A DNA stretch of 64,000 bases, taken from Acidimicrobiales bacterium. Its GTDB lineage: Bacteria; Actinomycetota; Acidimicrobiia; Acidimicrobiales; Bog-793. Position 1 is the stretch's first letter, and each line of letters starts with the position of its first letter. Below, piece by piece: positions 21,652-32,323 of this stretch. The stretch lies in NCBI GenBank assembly GCA_052148655.1, contig JBKQHU010000072.1, positions 3,128-67,127 of the forward strand, read 5' to 3'. The notes below the pieces were generated by a model. The model ran no database searches. It was not told the origin of the DNA and saw only the letters and a program-made list of their open reading frames with translations. The translations under genes were made by a program, and so were the position numbers.

Positions 21652-21852
21652 TTCGGACCTCCCAGGCCCACTCCTACGCCGAGAGTAGCCGTCTCGCAGG
21701 GAGCTAAACCCTGGGGCCGGTCCAGTCTCGGTTCATTAGTCCCTACCCCCTGGCTGGTGGAGCCGCGTGTCCAGGTCCTCGGCCCACGTCGTCACGGGAA
21801 TAGCGTGCCAGCTCCTTGCAGTTGATAGTGATAATTGAGGGGGCCCGCGCCT

Positions 21853-22368
21853 ATGGACTTGCACGACGAGTTCGAGGTTCCGCTGCCCGTGGCCGAGTCA
21901 TGGGCAGCACTGACAGACATCGAAAAGGTCACGGCCCATTTACCCGGAATCTGGCTTCTGCGGGTCGAAGGCGAGACGTACGAGGGCGTCGCCAAAGTCA
22001 AAGTTGGCCCGGTCACGGTGTGGTACGAGGGTATCGCCCGCTTCCTGTTGTTGGACCCTGACGCGCGCACGGCAGTCCTCAAGGCTGAGGGTAGCGAAAT
22101 CCATGGACAAGCGAGAAGCACCGCTCTGGTCACAGCGACGCTCTCTCCTTCAACAAGAGGCACCCATGTCCAAGTCGTCACGGTCATCTCCGTCGACGGC
22201 AGGCTCGCCCAGCTCGCCAAGGGTGTAATAGAAGCCGTGTCGCGCAATCTCATGGCCGAGTTCGCCGCGAACCTGGAGTTGACCGTGCTGACCGCGCCCG
22301 AGGTCTCTACCACAGCACAGTTCGTCGGGACCGAGATCACCGAGGATGCTCCAATACAGTTTGGTTAG
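21853..22368 (+). CDS. SRPBCC/CoxG family protein
   Basis: MDLHDEFEVPLPVAESWAALTDIEKV..LPG, KVKVGPV, GRLAQ. Confidence 0.85.
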   Translation: MDLHDEFEVPLPVAESWAALTDIEKVTAHLPGIWLLRVEGETYEGVAKVKVGPVTVWYEGIARFLLLDPDARTAVLKAEGSEIHGQARSTALVTATLSPSTRGTHVQVVTVISVDGRLAQLAKGVIEAVSRNLMAEFAANLELTVLTAPEVSTTAQFVGTEITEDAPIQFG

Positions 22369-22970
22369 ACCGACAGACGCCGACGGCCGAGCCGAACCGG
22401 CCCCCGTAATCGCGCTCCGTCCTGACCCGACCGTCGACACCAGAGGGGAACCCCACTCGACCCAAGGCATCCGCTCGGCCATTTGGCGAACGAAGCGAGC
22501 CGTACCCGTCGACTTGATCGAACACGTGAAGATGACCTGTGACAAGTGAAATCTGTTCGCCAGCTCTGCCACGGTCACACTGTGTGGCCACCGCGGTGTC
22601 AGTTAGGTTCGTGGTGCACGGCCCTGCGCCTGTCGGGGGTGAGAGCCGCTCACCTCCCTAAGTTCTTGGCGCGCGAGCCGGTGCTAGCAACGGGTATGTC
22701 GCGACTCGTGACCGGCACCACCCGACTCCGAGCCACGTCGGCTGCGTTCAGGTACTGATGGCCCCGTGCCGACAAATTGATGCACGGCCCCCTGACGCCT
22801 TGCGAGGGAAGCCGGGGGCCATACACCGTAGCGAGAATTATGAGCGCGCGGGGTGCCCTTGGCTAGGGGTGACCGGGAGTCAGCGAGCCGGGCCTCTCGC
22901 CCTATGTAGATGAGGTCATGGCCACGATACCGGTCGACCCAGAGACCCGTCCGCGGCCTGTGATGGCGTC

Positions 22971-23726
22971 GTGACCCTGGTAAACCTGCGCTTGGTGGCG
23001 ACGAAACGGCACGTCGGGTTGGGGCAGATGGTCATGGCCGCGCTGGTTCTCGCGGCCTGTAGGACCGCGCAGACGACCCCGACGACCACTTCCACCACGA
23101 CGGTCAAGACGACAAGCGCAGGAGCCGTGGCTCGGTTTCTGGCCGATGCGGCCCGTGGAGACAACCAAACCTTCGTTGCCTCCTGCCGCTATATCGGACC
23201 CGGCAAGGGACCACACTCATTCGAGTTCGCCCAACAACCCGGAGGCCCAGGGTCAGAGGAACCCTTCCGGGCCGGTGACTTCGTGTACCTCGCGAGCCAA
23301 GACGAGCAGACCGGTGAGTTCATCCAGCGCGACCACGGCGACTACAAGTGCTTCCGAACAGGGCACGGCCCGTGGTCATGCGATGGACCGAACCCAAACA
23401 TCAACAACGGCAACTTCCTGAACACGGAATATTTCTCCGTGCAGACCGACCTTGCTCAAAACGAGCCGACTCCCCCGGCCAGTGCCACCATCTCGTGCAG
23501 GACGCTCAACGGTCTCAAGTTGACCTGCCTCGTGCGCTACCGATACTTGGACACCTCCAGGCTGACGACATGGTGCATCACCGCCGACGGCATCACGGCC
23601 TTTAGGTCGAGCACGCTCAACGGGACCGTGGAAATAACAAGGCTCTCCCCAGCCGTGAATCCCGGCTTGTTCTCGCTCCCGGCGCGCCCGACGCCGTGGC
23701 GTGGATGGGACAAGTGGCCTTGGTAA
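22971..23726 (+). CDS. putative lipoprotein, Cys-containing
   Basis: LVLAAC lipobox followed by Thr-rich linker. Confidence 0.65.
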   Translation: MTLVNLRLVATKRHVGLGQMVMAALVLAACRTAQTTPTTTSTTTVKTTSAGAVARFLADAARGDNQTFVASCRYIGPGKGPHSFEFAQQPGGPGSEEPFRAGDFVYLASQDEQTGEFIQRDHGDYKCFRTGHGPWSCDGPNPNINNGNFLNTEYFSVQTDLAQNEPTPPASATISCRTLNGLKLTCLVRYRYLDTSRLTTWCITADGITAFRSSTLNGTVEITRLSPAVNPGLFSLPARPTPWRGWDKWPW

Positions 23727-23772
23727 CGAGAAACCTGAGTGAGTATCGCGGGTCCTCAGGTAGCGTCGGTGA

Positions 23773-24379
23773 CGATGACGGTCTGGGACGAGCTGAAGGT
23801 TGCCCTGTAAGAGCTGAAGGGCACGGGGGCACTAGTTGGTTACCCGGACCCCCGGATGGACGAAGGCAGGCAGCCGCCCTATGGGACTGACCTCGCGCCC
23901 TGGGCCACCGACATCGCGAAGGAACTGCACCGTCGGTTCGGGGACGACGTGGAACTGGTCGTCGGCGCGTTCAGTTACCAGACCACAAGCCAAGGCGAGA
24001 GCACGCAATTCCGCAAGATGAAATCCCGGACATGGACCCCACGTTGATGACCGTGGAGCTGGACGCGCCCATCGTCGTTGCGTCCGGCCAGACCGTGCGC
24101 GGGGCCTTGCGCGTCCACAACCTGAGCGCGAACGTCATTGTCATCTGTACCAACGGACAGGTAACCGCGCAGGTGGCCGACCCACGAACAAGGGTTGTTG
24201 TTGGTGGATTCGCCGGTATGCAGAAGTTGCCGCTCATACACTTCAGTGCCGCGCCAGGCGAGACCGTGGTCGTGCCCGTGCTCGTCGGAACTGCCAGCGC
24301 GTCGCAAGACCTCGGTTATGCCGTCCCTAGCGCAGCACCGGCAGGCCAGGACGCCACCCAGTGCGCACGCCCCTGCTGA
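23773..24379 (+). pseudogene. degraded hypothetical gene (stop and frameshift)
   Basis: consecutive protein-like fragments 23856-24047 and 24032-24379 in different frames; upstream in-frame stop. Confidence 0.45.
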
Positions 24380-24517
24380 CTATCACGGTGACGGCCTGAA
24401 CCCCGTGGTCGGGTTGGTCGGCCTCTGGAGCACCTACAGGCCCCAGCACGCGACCGGCAATAAACCTTGACTGACGGCTCTCTCTCCTACTCCTCTGTTA
24501 CATGTATAGCCGACATA

Positions 24518-24615
24518 CCCGACCAATTGGTGAGAGGTACCAGGTCAAAAGGGTAAGACGCTGGTCGGTTGGCAGCCGGTGACCCGACCAGTTGGTCGGT
24601 CTGACCCGACCAGTT
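24518..24615. repeat. cluster of CCGACCA direct/inverted repeats
   Basis: TGACCCGACCAGTT at 24580 and 24602 (22-bp period), CCGACCA-GT-TGGTCGG palindrome, further half-sites near 24519 and 24562. Confidence 0.7.
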
Positions 24616-25067
24616 CAACCTTGGCCGTAGTTGTCGATGAGCCAAGGGCCATTCCCCAGGCGATGCATATCGATACCCCAAAATGAGTCAGGATTACCCT
24701 CGTCTGCGGCCTGCGACTCTCTGAACGTGCATTGGACCTGGGCATCGGTGGCTGTTTCGCTAACAAGGCCGCAACGCAGGTGCGAGAAGGAGGGCCATCC
24801 TGAAGTGTTTCCACCACCCCAGTCCATCATGTCCCGTGCCGTCTGCTCGAAGTATGCGACGGCTGCCGAATAGTCCTTCTTATTCACCGACTTGAACCAC
24901 CCATAGGCTGTCTGAACGGGAGACTGAGGTGTGATTGCGTGGGCCGTCGTGTTCGTCAAGGCTAACGTCCCAGTCGCGGCGAGTACGCCGACGCCGACGC
25001 CGATGACCACGAGGACGGCGATGATGAACGTGGTGATTGGGTGCTGGACTGTGCGCAAGTTGGCCAC
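24615..25067 (-). CDS. membrane-anchored secreted hypothetical protein (NTF2-like fold possible)
   Basis: single TM then small domain ending WLIDNYGQG; start uncertain. Confidence 0.6.
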   Translation of the reverse strand: MANLRTVQHPITTFIIAVLVVIGVGVGVLAATGTLALTNTTAHAITPQSPVQTAYGWFKSVNKKDYSAAVAYFEQTARDMMDWGGGNTSGWPSFSHLRCGLVSETATDAQVQCTFRESQAADEGNPDSFWGIDMHRLGNGPWLIDNYGQG

Positions 25068-25720
25068 TTTTCGCCTCCGTCGCGATGTTAAGACGCGGAG
25101 GTCCGGTCCACCAGAGGCGACTGACTCGGTGCGTACGAATGTCAACAGTGAGCGTTCTCCAAGCCTTGTGCCTTCTTGTAGCTCGTCGTGGTCGACGGGA
25201 GAAGCAGGAGGGCCGACTGGTGGAACGGCTGGCCGGTGAGCGTCCAGCGCTCGTACGACAACGTGACTCAGCCTGTTGGCGCTGGAGTTATGCCGCTGTC
25301 GTAGGGGACCCAGTGGGGATAGGGGCATCAATCTCCCAGTCCTCCTGAGTGACAAGCAGGTGCCCGCCATCCTCACCGCAGAAGATGCCTTGGCCGGGCA
25401 CCGCTGAATCGGGGAGCCACCGACCTGCCCGAGTTGCTCCGGCGTGTGGCCACCGAGATTGAAAAACGCGACATCGGCCCGATGGACCTCTTGGACCTGA
25501 CAATCCATCAGGAGATGGCCGGCGACGGCCCGCGGTGGCAAGCGACGCTCTACTGGTCACCTGACAGCCTGGTGGATGAGGGTCTCGGCAGTGACGAGGG
25601 CGACAACGGCCGCTGACTCACGACTGGCTAAGCACCAAAGTGATGCCCGGTGCACAGACGACCAAAACGTCGGCAATGCGACACTTCGTCCATGAGGGAG
25701 CCTTCACCAGACGGTCCGGC

Positions 25721-26071
25721 CTACTGTCTTACAACTCTCCTCGTTGATCTGCTTGCGAGGTCAGCCGACACATCGTCGACGTTGGCCACGAGGAATCTCG
25801 CAGTACGGCCGTCGGCTCCTTTCACCAGGAGTCTCTGCTTAGGCCCACCAATTGTGAAGTTGAAGGGGCACTTCTCGACGACAACCTCAGCGATGCTCTC
25901 GAACGGGATGCTCCAGCTCGTGGTGCGGATGAGTGGGACGAAGTAGAACCTCTGGTTCGTGACGAACAGTCGTCCGCCAAGTGTGCGCCACCAGGCCACT
26001 CGCCACGAGGCTCCCCAGTACCGCAGCGCCAATTCACCAGGGGCGAGAACCGGCTCGTTGACAAGGTTCAT
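25721..26071 (-). CDS. GRAM/PH-like domain protein
   Basis: GGRLFVTNQRFYF..WSIPFESI pattern. Confidence 0.6.
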   Translation of the reverse strand: MNLVNEPVLAPGELALRYWGASWRVAWWRTLGGRLFVTNQRFYFVPLIRTTSWSIPFESIAEVVVEKCPFNFTIGGPKQRLLVKGADGRTARFLVANVDDVSADLASRSTRRVVRQ

Positions 26072-26286
26072 TCAATAGATATAACAGTCCTGGTCCGGGG
26101 TTCGACTAGCCCCGTCGACCTTCCCGCACGACCGAGCACCCCCCGGTCAGCCAGTGGGGGTGCTCCTCAGAGGGCCGACGGCGCGGATCTGGGACTGGGA
26201 ACGAGGTTTGTGTCCGAGCGATGCCACGCCCTCCACCATGTTGCGACGCGTGGGTCACCAGCCACAGCACCTGGCAGGATGACGCC

Positions 26287-26871
26287 GTGAGCGTCGAGGA
26301 CCGCGAACAGTTGCTAGCCGCGGCGCGGTTACTGGAACGCGTCACGCTGGGATGGAACGTGGTCGGCATCGTCGTCTTGACGATTGCCGCAGTATCAGCG
26401 CGATCCGTGGCACTGGCAGGCTTCGGCCTCGATAGCTTAATCGAGATCGGCGCGTCAACAGTCGTGCTCTGGGAGCTTGCGGACGTTCAGCAGACAAGAC
26501 AGCACCAAGCCATGCGGCTTATAGGAAGCGCGTTCATCGCGCTCGCCCTGTACCTTGCAACACAGAGCACCGTGGTGCTCGTGGTGCGATTCCACCCCCA
26601 TCACAGCGTGCTTGGCATCGTATGGACCGCTGTCACCGCTACGGCGATGTTCGCCCTCGCCACCGGGAAGGCAAAGATTGGAGCAGCCCTTGACAATCCG
26701 GTACTCCGGACCGAGAGCAGGGTCACGCTCATCGACGGGATTTTGGCAAGCGCTGTCATGTTCGGTCTCGTTCTCAACGCTGCGCTCGGCTGGTGGTGGG
26801 CCGACCCCGCCGCTGGGTACGTCCTCGTTTACTACGGTGCGCGCGAAGCGCGAGAAGCCCTGGCACACTGA
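26287..26871 (+). CDS. cation efflux (CDF) transmembrane-domain protein
   Basis: SVALAGFGLDSLIE, GWWWADP. Confidence 0.8.
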   Translation: MSVEDREQLLAAARLLERVTLGWNVVGIVVLTIAAVSARSVALAGFGLDSLIEIGASTVVLWELADVQQTRQHQAMRLIGSAFIALALYLATQSTVVLVVRFHPHHSVLGIVWTAVTATAMFALATGKAKIGAALDNPVLRTESRVTLIDGILASAVMFGLVLNAALGWWWADPAAGYVLVYYGAREAREALAH

Positions 26872-26887
26872 CGCTTCTAGCAGCGGA

Positions 26888-26933
26888 TGCGCGCCCTGTA
26901 ACTCAGCACCGCAAGCTCTGGGAAGCGCGCCAA
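26888..26933 (+). repeat. 46-bp dispersed direct repeat, copy 1
   Basis: 41/46 identical to 28758-28803. Confidence 0.85.
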
Positions 26934-27535
26934 GAGGATGCATTCTCCTCATGCACCAGGGCCTCGGTCGTGGCTACGATCCACTGGTCGTAGGCGAAGA
27001 CGCCCACTGTCAGCTCGTGCAGGGGCAGGTCACTCGTGCTACACCCTGCGCACTGGGGAACTTCGTCAGGATGCCTCAATAGTGGTCCACGGCCACCGCG
27101 CGCTGGAGGAAGGCACCGCGTCGTACCATCGTCCTCGTGGGCATCATCGGTCAGCTCGCCGCGCAGGTCGGACAGTGGCTGAGGATAAAGCCGATGCCCG
27201 CGCCAAGAGAGCCGACGGGAGTACCAACCGTCCACGGTCGTCCAGAGCGACGGCCACCACGGCCACGTAGCCCTCGGTCTGGGCCAGGTCGACCCGGTGG
27301 TGGGGTTCGAGAACCTCGTAGACCGGTGCGTCCAACAGGCAGCGCGGCTGCCAAGGAGCCTTTGCCGTCGTCAGACCGGTCTGACTAGTCCTCGGCGCGC
27401 ACCAGGTCATCATCTTGAGCGTGTTGTACGGGTCCGGCACACGAGCAGACCCCTGATGTACACCTTCGGGACCGGACCAACGACCCCAGCGCACGGGTCG
27501 AAGGGCAAAGCAGACTCACTCCTACACTTGGACGA

Positions 27536-28126
27536 ATGGCTGGAAAGGTTACCGATAGCGACCTGCCTTTCGAAACTGCACGGCTAAGGCTCCGACGTTT
27601 CCGGGAGGATGACGCCGATTCGCTCCTGGCTCTGTACGGGAATCCAGAGGTCGTGCGGTATCTCTATAGCGAGCCGATGCCACGCGACAGGCTCCCCGAG
27701 GCCCTTGAGCGAAGACTGCGCCCGACAACGCTCGACGCCGAGGGCGACGTTCTTTACCTAGCAACAGAGCTTCGCGCGAATGGCGAGTTTGTGGGGACAA
27801 TGACCTTGTTCTACCGCAGCAGCGAGCACCGTCGCGGGGAAATCGGGTACACCATCGTGCCGAAGTTCTGGGGTCACGGCTTCGCCAAAGAAGGCGCAAC
27901 GGTGCTGTTGCGGGTCGGATTTGAGCTTCTTGGGCTTCATCGGCTTGAGGGCCAGTGCGACGCCCGCAACCTCGCCTCAGCCCGCGTGATGGAGGGGATC
28001 GGCATGCGAAAGGAGGCACACTTGCGCGAGAACGAGTTCGTCAAGGGTGAATGGACCGATGAACTGGTTTTCGCTATGCTCGCCGACGAGTGGGCGCGAC
28101 TCCAAAGCACCGTTGCCCTCATCTGA
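27536..28126 (+). CDS. GNAT N-acetyltransferase, RimJ/RimL family
   Basis: ETARLRLRRF, EIGY..WGHGFAKE, NLASARVMEGIGMRKE. Confidence 0.92.
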   Translation: MAGKVTDSDLPFETARLRLRRFREDDADSLLALYGNPEVVRYLYSEPMPRDRLPEALERRLRPTTLDAEGDVLYLATELRANGEFVGTMTLFYRSSEHRRGEIGYTIVPKFWGHGFAKEGATVLLRVGFELLGLHRLEGQCDARNLASARVMEGIGMRKEAHLRENEFVKGEWTDELVFAMLADEWARLQSTVALI

Positions 28127-28211
28127 CAGCTCGCACTAGGCGCAAGGCCCGAGCCGTTCCAGGCGCGTTGCTAGAACGGGGCACGATGAGGAACTGAAGC
28201 ACACCATCGCG

Positions 28212-28613
28212 GTGTTCATCATCGGGGTCTGCTGCGTCATCGGACTCGGCGTGGCGGTCCTGGCAGCCACCGATAACCGTGGCACCGGTGGGCTGACCCC
28301 GGCTCAGCCTTCTCCCCTCCAGCTCGCGGCAATGGGCGAGTGGTACCAACGCCAATACGCTCCTGAGGATTTTCTCGCAGCGCCTGGTCGCTTTGGTTGT
28401 GTCGTCTACTCGATGGCGACGCGCCAGTTATCAGGGGGTAAGTCCATGGCGTACACGCAGGTGATGTGTGAACAATGCCCTCCTAGCGACCTCGGAGGGG
28501 AGACACCGGTAGCATTTCATCTTGACGGCTCGAAGGTGACGTGGGCTGGAGCAGCGGACGCTCCGGGTGACCCGATGTTTCTCGACGAGATAAAGCGGTA
28601 CTTTCCTCGCTAG
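28212..28613 (+). CDS. secreted hypothetical protein, possibly truncated
   Basis: hydrophobic N-terminus, Cys-containing domain. Confidence 0.5.
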   Translation: MFIIGVCCVIGLGVAVLAATDNRGTGGLTPAQPSPLQLAAMGEWYQRQYAPEDFLAAPGRFGCVVYSMATRQLSGGKSMAYTQVMCEQCPPSDLGGETPVAFHLDGSKVTWAGAADAPGDPMFLDEIKRYFPR

Positions 28614-28757
28614 TTATGGAACGCTGCCGATGCGCAGCAAAATCCCGGATGTTGAACTCTACGTATCGGCCGCTTATCAGGTGGCTCGTTGCAACGGATA
28701 GGAGCGTGCGCGGGTTCATGTTCTCGTCCCCTGGTCTCGTCAGCAGTCGGGGCCGAG

Positions 28758-28803
28758 TGCGTGCCCCGTAACACAGCACCGCAAGCTCTGGGCAGCGCGT
28801 CAA
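28758..28803 (+). repeat. 46-bp dispersed direct repeat, copy 2
   Basis: 41/46 identical to 26888-26933. Confidence 0.85.
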
Positions 28804-28867
28804 CACGACTTATCCCCAGAGCGTCGTTGTGGACAACTGACCCAACGCCCCAAGAGTAAGGCAGGTA

Positions 28868-29320
28868 CTACTTGAGGCCGTTCGATTTCATGACGGCCCC
28901 AATGGAGTTTAAATCCCTCTCGAGCAGTTTGGCCTCGTACTCGAAGCGCTTGAGGGACGTGGGTGTCATCGTCTCCACTGCGATATAACCAGTCCAGGCG
29001 ACGCTGTTGCCAGCCACGGCGGTCTTGACAAGCGACCTGTTCAGTTGCTTGCTGGGCGAGTTAGCAATCTCCACAAAAATTATGCTCTGATTGCTGAACT
29101 TAATGAAGTCCGACTTGACGGCGACTTTGTTCTCTGCAGTGGCCGCCTTTTCAATCGCACTCCAAGAGGCAATTAGGGAGCGCACCGCCGGTCTGCTGGT
29201 GTTGGCCCATGCCTTCCAGGCAGGCGTTTCGGCCTGGGCAGTAGTCACTGGGAACAACACACCGGCTATGCCCAAGGCCATGACAAGAACCAGAACTGTA
29301 GAAATCGCTCGCCTCTTCAT
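28868..29320 (-). CDS. secreted helical hypothetical protein
   Basis: AGGAGA RBS, MKRRAIS signal peptide with AQA cleavage site. Confidence 0.75.
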   Translation of the reverse strand: MKRRAISTVLVLVMALGIAGVLFPVTTAQAETPAWKAWANTSRPAVRSLIASWSAIEKAATAENKVAVKSDFIKFSNQSIIFVEIANSPSKQLNRSLVKTAVAGNSVAWTGYIAVETMTPTSLKRFEYEAKLLERDLNSIGAVMKSNGLK

Positions 29321-29579
29321 CGTGTCTCCTTCTTCATCAGCAGACAACCGGAGTCTTCCTGTCAGCTCCTTCACCCACACTGCCACAATTCGCCAATGAG
29401 GACGTGTTCCGCTCTCCTTGGTCACTTCCAAATGAGCCCGCCCAGTCTTGACGAACATTTGTTGCCCGTAGTTCACCATTCTCATTGCTGCGTGAATCCT
29501 CGTCCGTACGCTGTCGAGCCACCGGCTGTCACGGCAGGTAACGGGGGCGCGAGATGCCCGTTGGCGTACGATTCGCCTT

Positions 29580-30284
29580 GTGGCCGACGAGCCGGAACCC
29601 ACTGCTGACGAGGCTGCACGGGAGAGCTCGTCGCTCGCAGAACGCCTTGCTGGTGCCTACAACGATTGGCTCCACGACGAGCAGCGGCACCGTGAGAAGC
29701 GGTTCGAGCCGGTCGAAATGGTCCTGTTCGCGGTCATCGCCGGTGTCACGCTCATCATCGCCTCGGAACTCCTGGTGGGTCTCGCAGACGTTGGGAACTT
29801 GGACGCGTGGACTCTGGTCGGCCTCACTACGCAATGGGCACAGCTTCCTCTTGCCACTGTCCTTCTGGGCGCATCGCTGCTCGGGTGGTACCAGGGCACA
29901 CGCTGTTGCGACGAGTTCGAGAGGTACGTGGACCAGAGTGAGCCGGGCCAGGGCGAGGCCGACGACATCGACCAGGACATAACATCGCTCCTGGGACGCG
30001 TCAGCCGGTCGCGCCTGGCACTCGCCTGTCTTGCGGTGTTGGGCCTCACAACCACCGTGGCGGCTGTCGCAAACGTGGTTTGGGACTTCCAGTCAAACTT
30101 GAATTTCGGAAGTCGGACGCCCTGGTACGGACAGGTCGCTTACGTGGCAGAGGGCCTTGCGACCATCATTCCGGCCCTTGCCTGCCTCGTGATTGCGAAA
30201 CGGGCCTGGGCACGTAGTTCCTACCTGCTCCTGACAGATGAGACCGACGCGGAGTACGAGGACGAGCGAGAAAGCGTTGCCTAG
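29580..30284 (+). CDS. hypothetical membrane protein (about 4 TM)
   Basis: four hydrophobic segments, acidic loops. Confidence 0.65.
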   Translation: MADEPEPTADEAARESSSLAERLAGAYNDWLHDEQRHREKRFEPVEMVLFAVIAGVTLIIASELLVGLADVGNLDAWTLVGLTTQWAQLPLATVLLGASLLGWYQGTRCCDEFERYVDQSEPGQGEADDIDQDITSLLGRVSRSRLALACLAVLGLTTTVAAVANVVWDFQSNLNFGSRTPWYGQVAYVAEGLATIIPALACLVIAKRAWARSSYLLLTDETDAEYEDERESVA

Positions 30285-31010
30285 CCCTCGTGGGCATTGA
30301 ACTGGCCAGCGTCACGCAGCGTCTGAAAACGCCTTACGGCAGGCTGGTCCCAGTCGCAGTCGGTGATGTCGTCCTTGAGCCACTCGACGGACGTCTTTCG
30401 CACTGGCGAGACGCAGCGGTCGGACGGATTGAGCATCATCGAGGTGGTGCGGTTCCGAGGCCCTGGCATGGTTCGTGGGCGTTCAGGATGGGCGAGACGC
30501 TGACCTGGAGACCGATGCCGCCACCAAGAGGATCGGCCCCATCAGGAAGGTCGCGTGGCCCGAGCGTTGGGCCGAGACCGTCAGCGTCGCAGTGGCCCAC
30601 TACCTCGTTTCGTTTGTCGGCACGTTCGACACCCGGCTTTAGCTATTTCACTCTGAGTGATAAAATTCGCGCGATAAGCGTTTTTTTCTGTAATTCCGGC
30701 CCCTCACGACCCCGCGCACTCTCCTTGACAGCGGCCCTCGTGCCTGTTCATGTCCCCCGGCGCCGTCATCTGCAAGGTCGTCGGGCACTCGTACCTGGTC
30801 ACCGAGCCTCTGTACAATCGTCACGACCCTGAAGCTGACAGCTCACAGAGGCACCAAGCTCCATGATGGCCACGCGCCCCGACAAGAGGGCCTCGGTGAC
30901 GCAACCGTCTCGCAGCCACTAGGCAACCGGGCCAAGAAGGCAACGCAAATGACGGCCGGGATGCTCGGCTGAGTGCTCGGTCATCGAGGTCGGGACACTT
31001 TCGAGTCATG

Positions 31011-32153
31011 TCAGAAGCGGTTCAGGGCAGCGGCACAGCCACCCAGGTCGCTCGCATCAAGGTGCGTATAGACCGAAAGGGCAACTCCTGGATCGCTATT
31101 GCCAGCGAAGGCCTGGATTTGGGCCGGACCCACGCCACTGCGTGCGAGCATCGTCACAGCCGCATGACGCGCATCGTGGGGACGAATTCTGTCGATTCCT
31201 GCTTCCCTGCCAATGCGTTGTAGCTGATGGTAAGCATTCGCTGGGTCAGTTATCGTCCCAGCTTTCGAGGCGAAGACCCACTCACCTGAATTCGGCTCGT
31301 CGTGCAGAACTCGTAACGCGGCAATCACGTAATCAGGCACTCGAAGTCGTCGCCTGCTCGCCGCTGTCTTCAGGGGCCCAACAACGACTTGACCGTTCTC
31401 CCGCTTGACCTGTCGTTCCACGAGGACGGTCGGCTTCTCGTTGTCCCAGTCGATATCGGTCCATCTCAAGCCCAGCGCCTCACCGCGCCGCAGCCCCAAG
31501 CCGAACAAAACAGCCACAAGGGCGTGCGCCCGTGGACCGTGGGTCTTCGCGGCCCCGAGCATCGCACCGATCTTCTCGTCGCTGAGAACCTCGCGGGCCG
31601 CACGAACTTGAGGCACTGGCTGGCTCTCAGTTACCACGTTGCGGAGCGCATAGCCGTCTCTGACGGCCCGTGACATTGCCCGGCTCAGGGTTGCCCTCAC
31701 GAGCTGCGCGTATCTGGGGCTGACCTTTTGCTGGCCATACCCACCTGACAAAAGCCGGCGCACCATGGCGTCCACGTCGCGGGCTTGGAGTTTCGACACG
31801 ACAATCCTGCCAATCGGGTCCTTTTCGATCTTGCCTTGGCAAAGTCGCAGCACAGCGATGGTGTTGGGCCTACGAGCGCCCGTCCGCACCTGTACCTCGT
31901 ACCCGTTTACGAACCAGCGGACGGCTGTGGCAACCGTCATCTGGGAGGCCGCGGGCGCTATCTCACCGTGCTCCTTCAGAAAATCACGCGCTCGCCGTGC
32001 AGCCTCCTGGGGGTTCTTGCCCACAAACGACTTGTACCGACTCTCGCCGGTTACCGGGTCCATGACCCGAATCGCCCGCACCCACTTGCCAGCATCGCGT
32101 CCGCTTGTGCGCTGATAGAGCTTGCCGTCGCCGCGGGCGCTGCGAGTCGTCAC
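31011..32153 (-). CDS. tyrosine recombinase/integrase 1
   Basis: GLRRGEALGLRWTDID, LKT, RPHDARH, AGN in place of usual LGH, VYTH; N-terminal arm-binding-like segment. Confidence 0.95.
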   Translation of the reverse strand: MTTRSARGDGKLYQRTSGRDAGKWVRAIRVMDPVTGESRYKSFVGKNPQEAARRARDFLKEHGEIAPAASQMTVATAVRWFVNGYEVQVRTGARRPNTIAVLRLCQGKIEKDPIGRIVVSKLQARDVDAMVRRLLSGGYGQQKVSPRYAQLVRATLSRAMSRAVRDGYALRNVVTESQPVPQVRAAREVLSDEKIGAMLGAAKTHGPRAHALVAVLFGLGLRRGEALGLRWTDIDWDNEKPTVLVERQVKRENGQVVVGPLKTAASRRRLRVPDYVIAALRVLHDEPNSGEWVFASKAGTITDPANAYHQLQRIGREAGIDRIRPHDARHAAVTMLARSGVGPAQIQAFAGNSDPGVALSVYTHLDASDLGGCAAALNRF

Positions 32154-32172
32154 GCTCCCGAGTCTAGCGATG

Positions 32173-32195
32173 CACGCCCTATTGCACGCCCTAAC
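32173..32195 (+). repeat. CACGCCCTA-N3-CACGCCCTAAC, putative integrase arm-type sites (right end)
   Basis: same motif and spacing at 19076-19098. Confidence 0.8.
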
Positions 32196-32255
32196 TTTTC
32201 AGAACGACGCCGCAGGTAAGAACCATTTATCGAAAGCCTAGCTAGACTTCCAGTA

Positions 32256-32323
32256 CCCTTGACAGGAACAGAATACCTTGTCAAGGGCGCTTTTCTGCCC
32301 TCTGACCTGCCTTGGGCTAGACT
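32256..32323 (+). promoter_or_regulatory. 9-bp inverted repeat plus candidate -10 (TAGACT) for the tRNA pair
   Basis: CCCTTGACA-N14-TGTCAAGGG at 32256-32287; TAGACT at 32318-32323, 12 nt before tRNA-Pro. Confidence 0.45.

Noticed and set aside
26888-28803. Integron attC interpretation of the 46-bp repeat
   Set aside because: Has TAAC but no matching GTTRRRY end, and none of the integrases was recognised as IntI-like.
30290-31009. ORFs between the membrane gene and integrase 1
   Set aside because: Low-complexity translations with no RBS or motif support.
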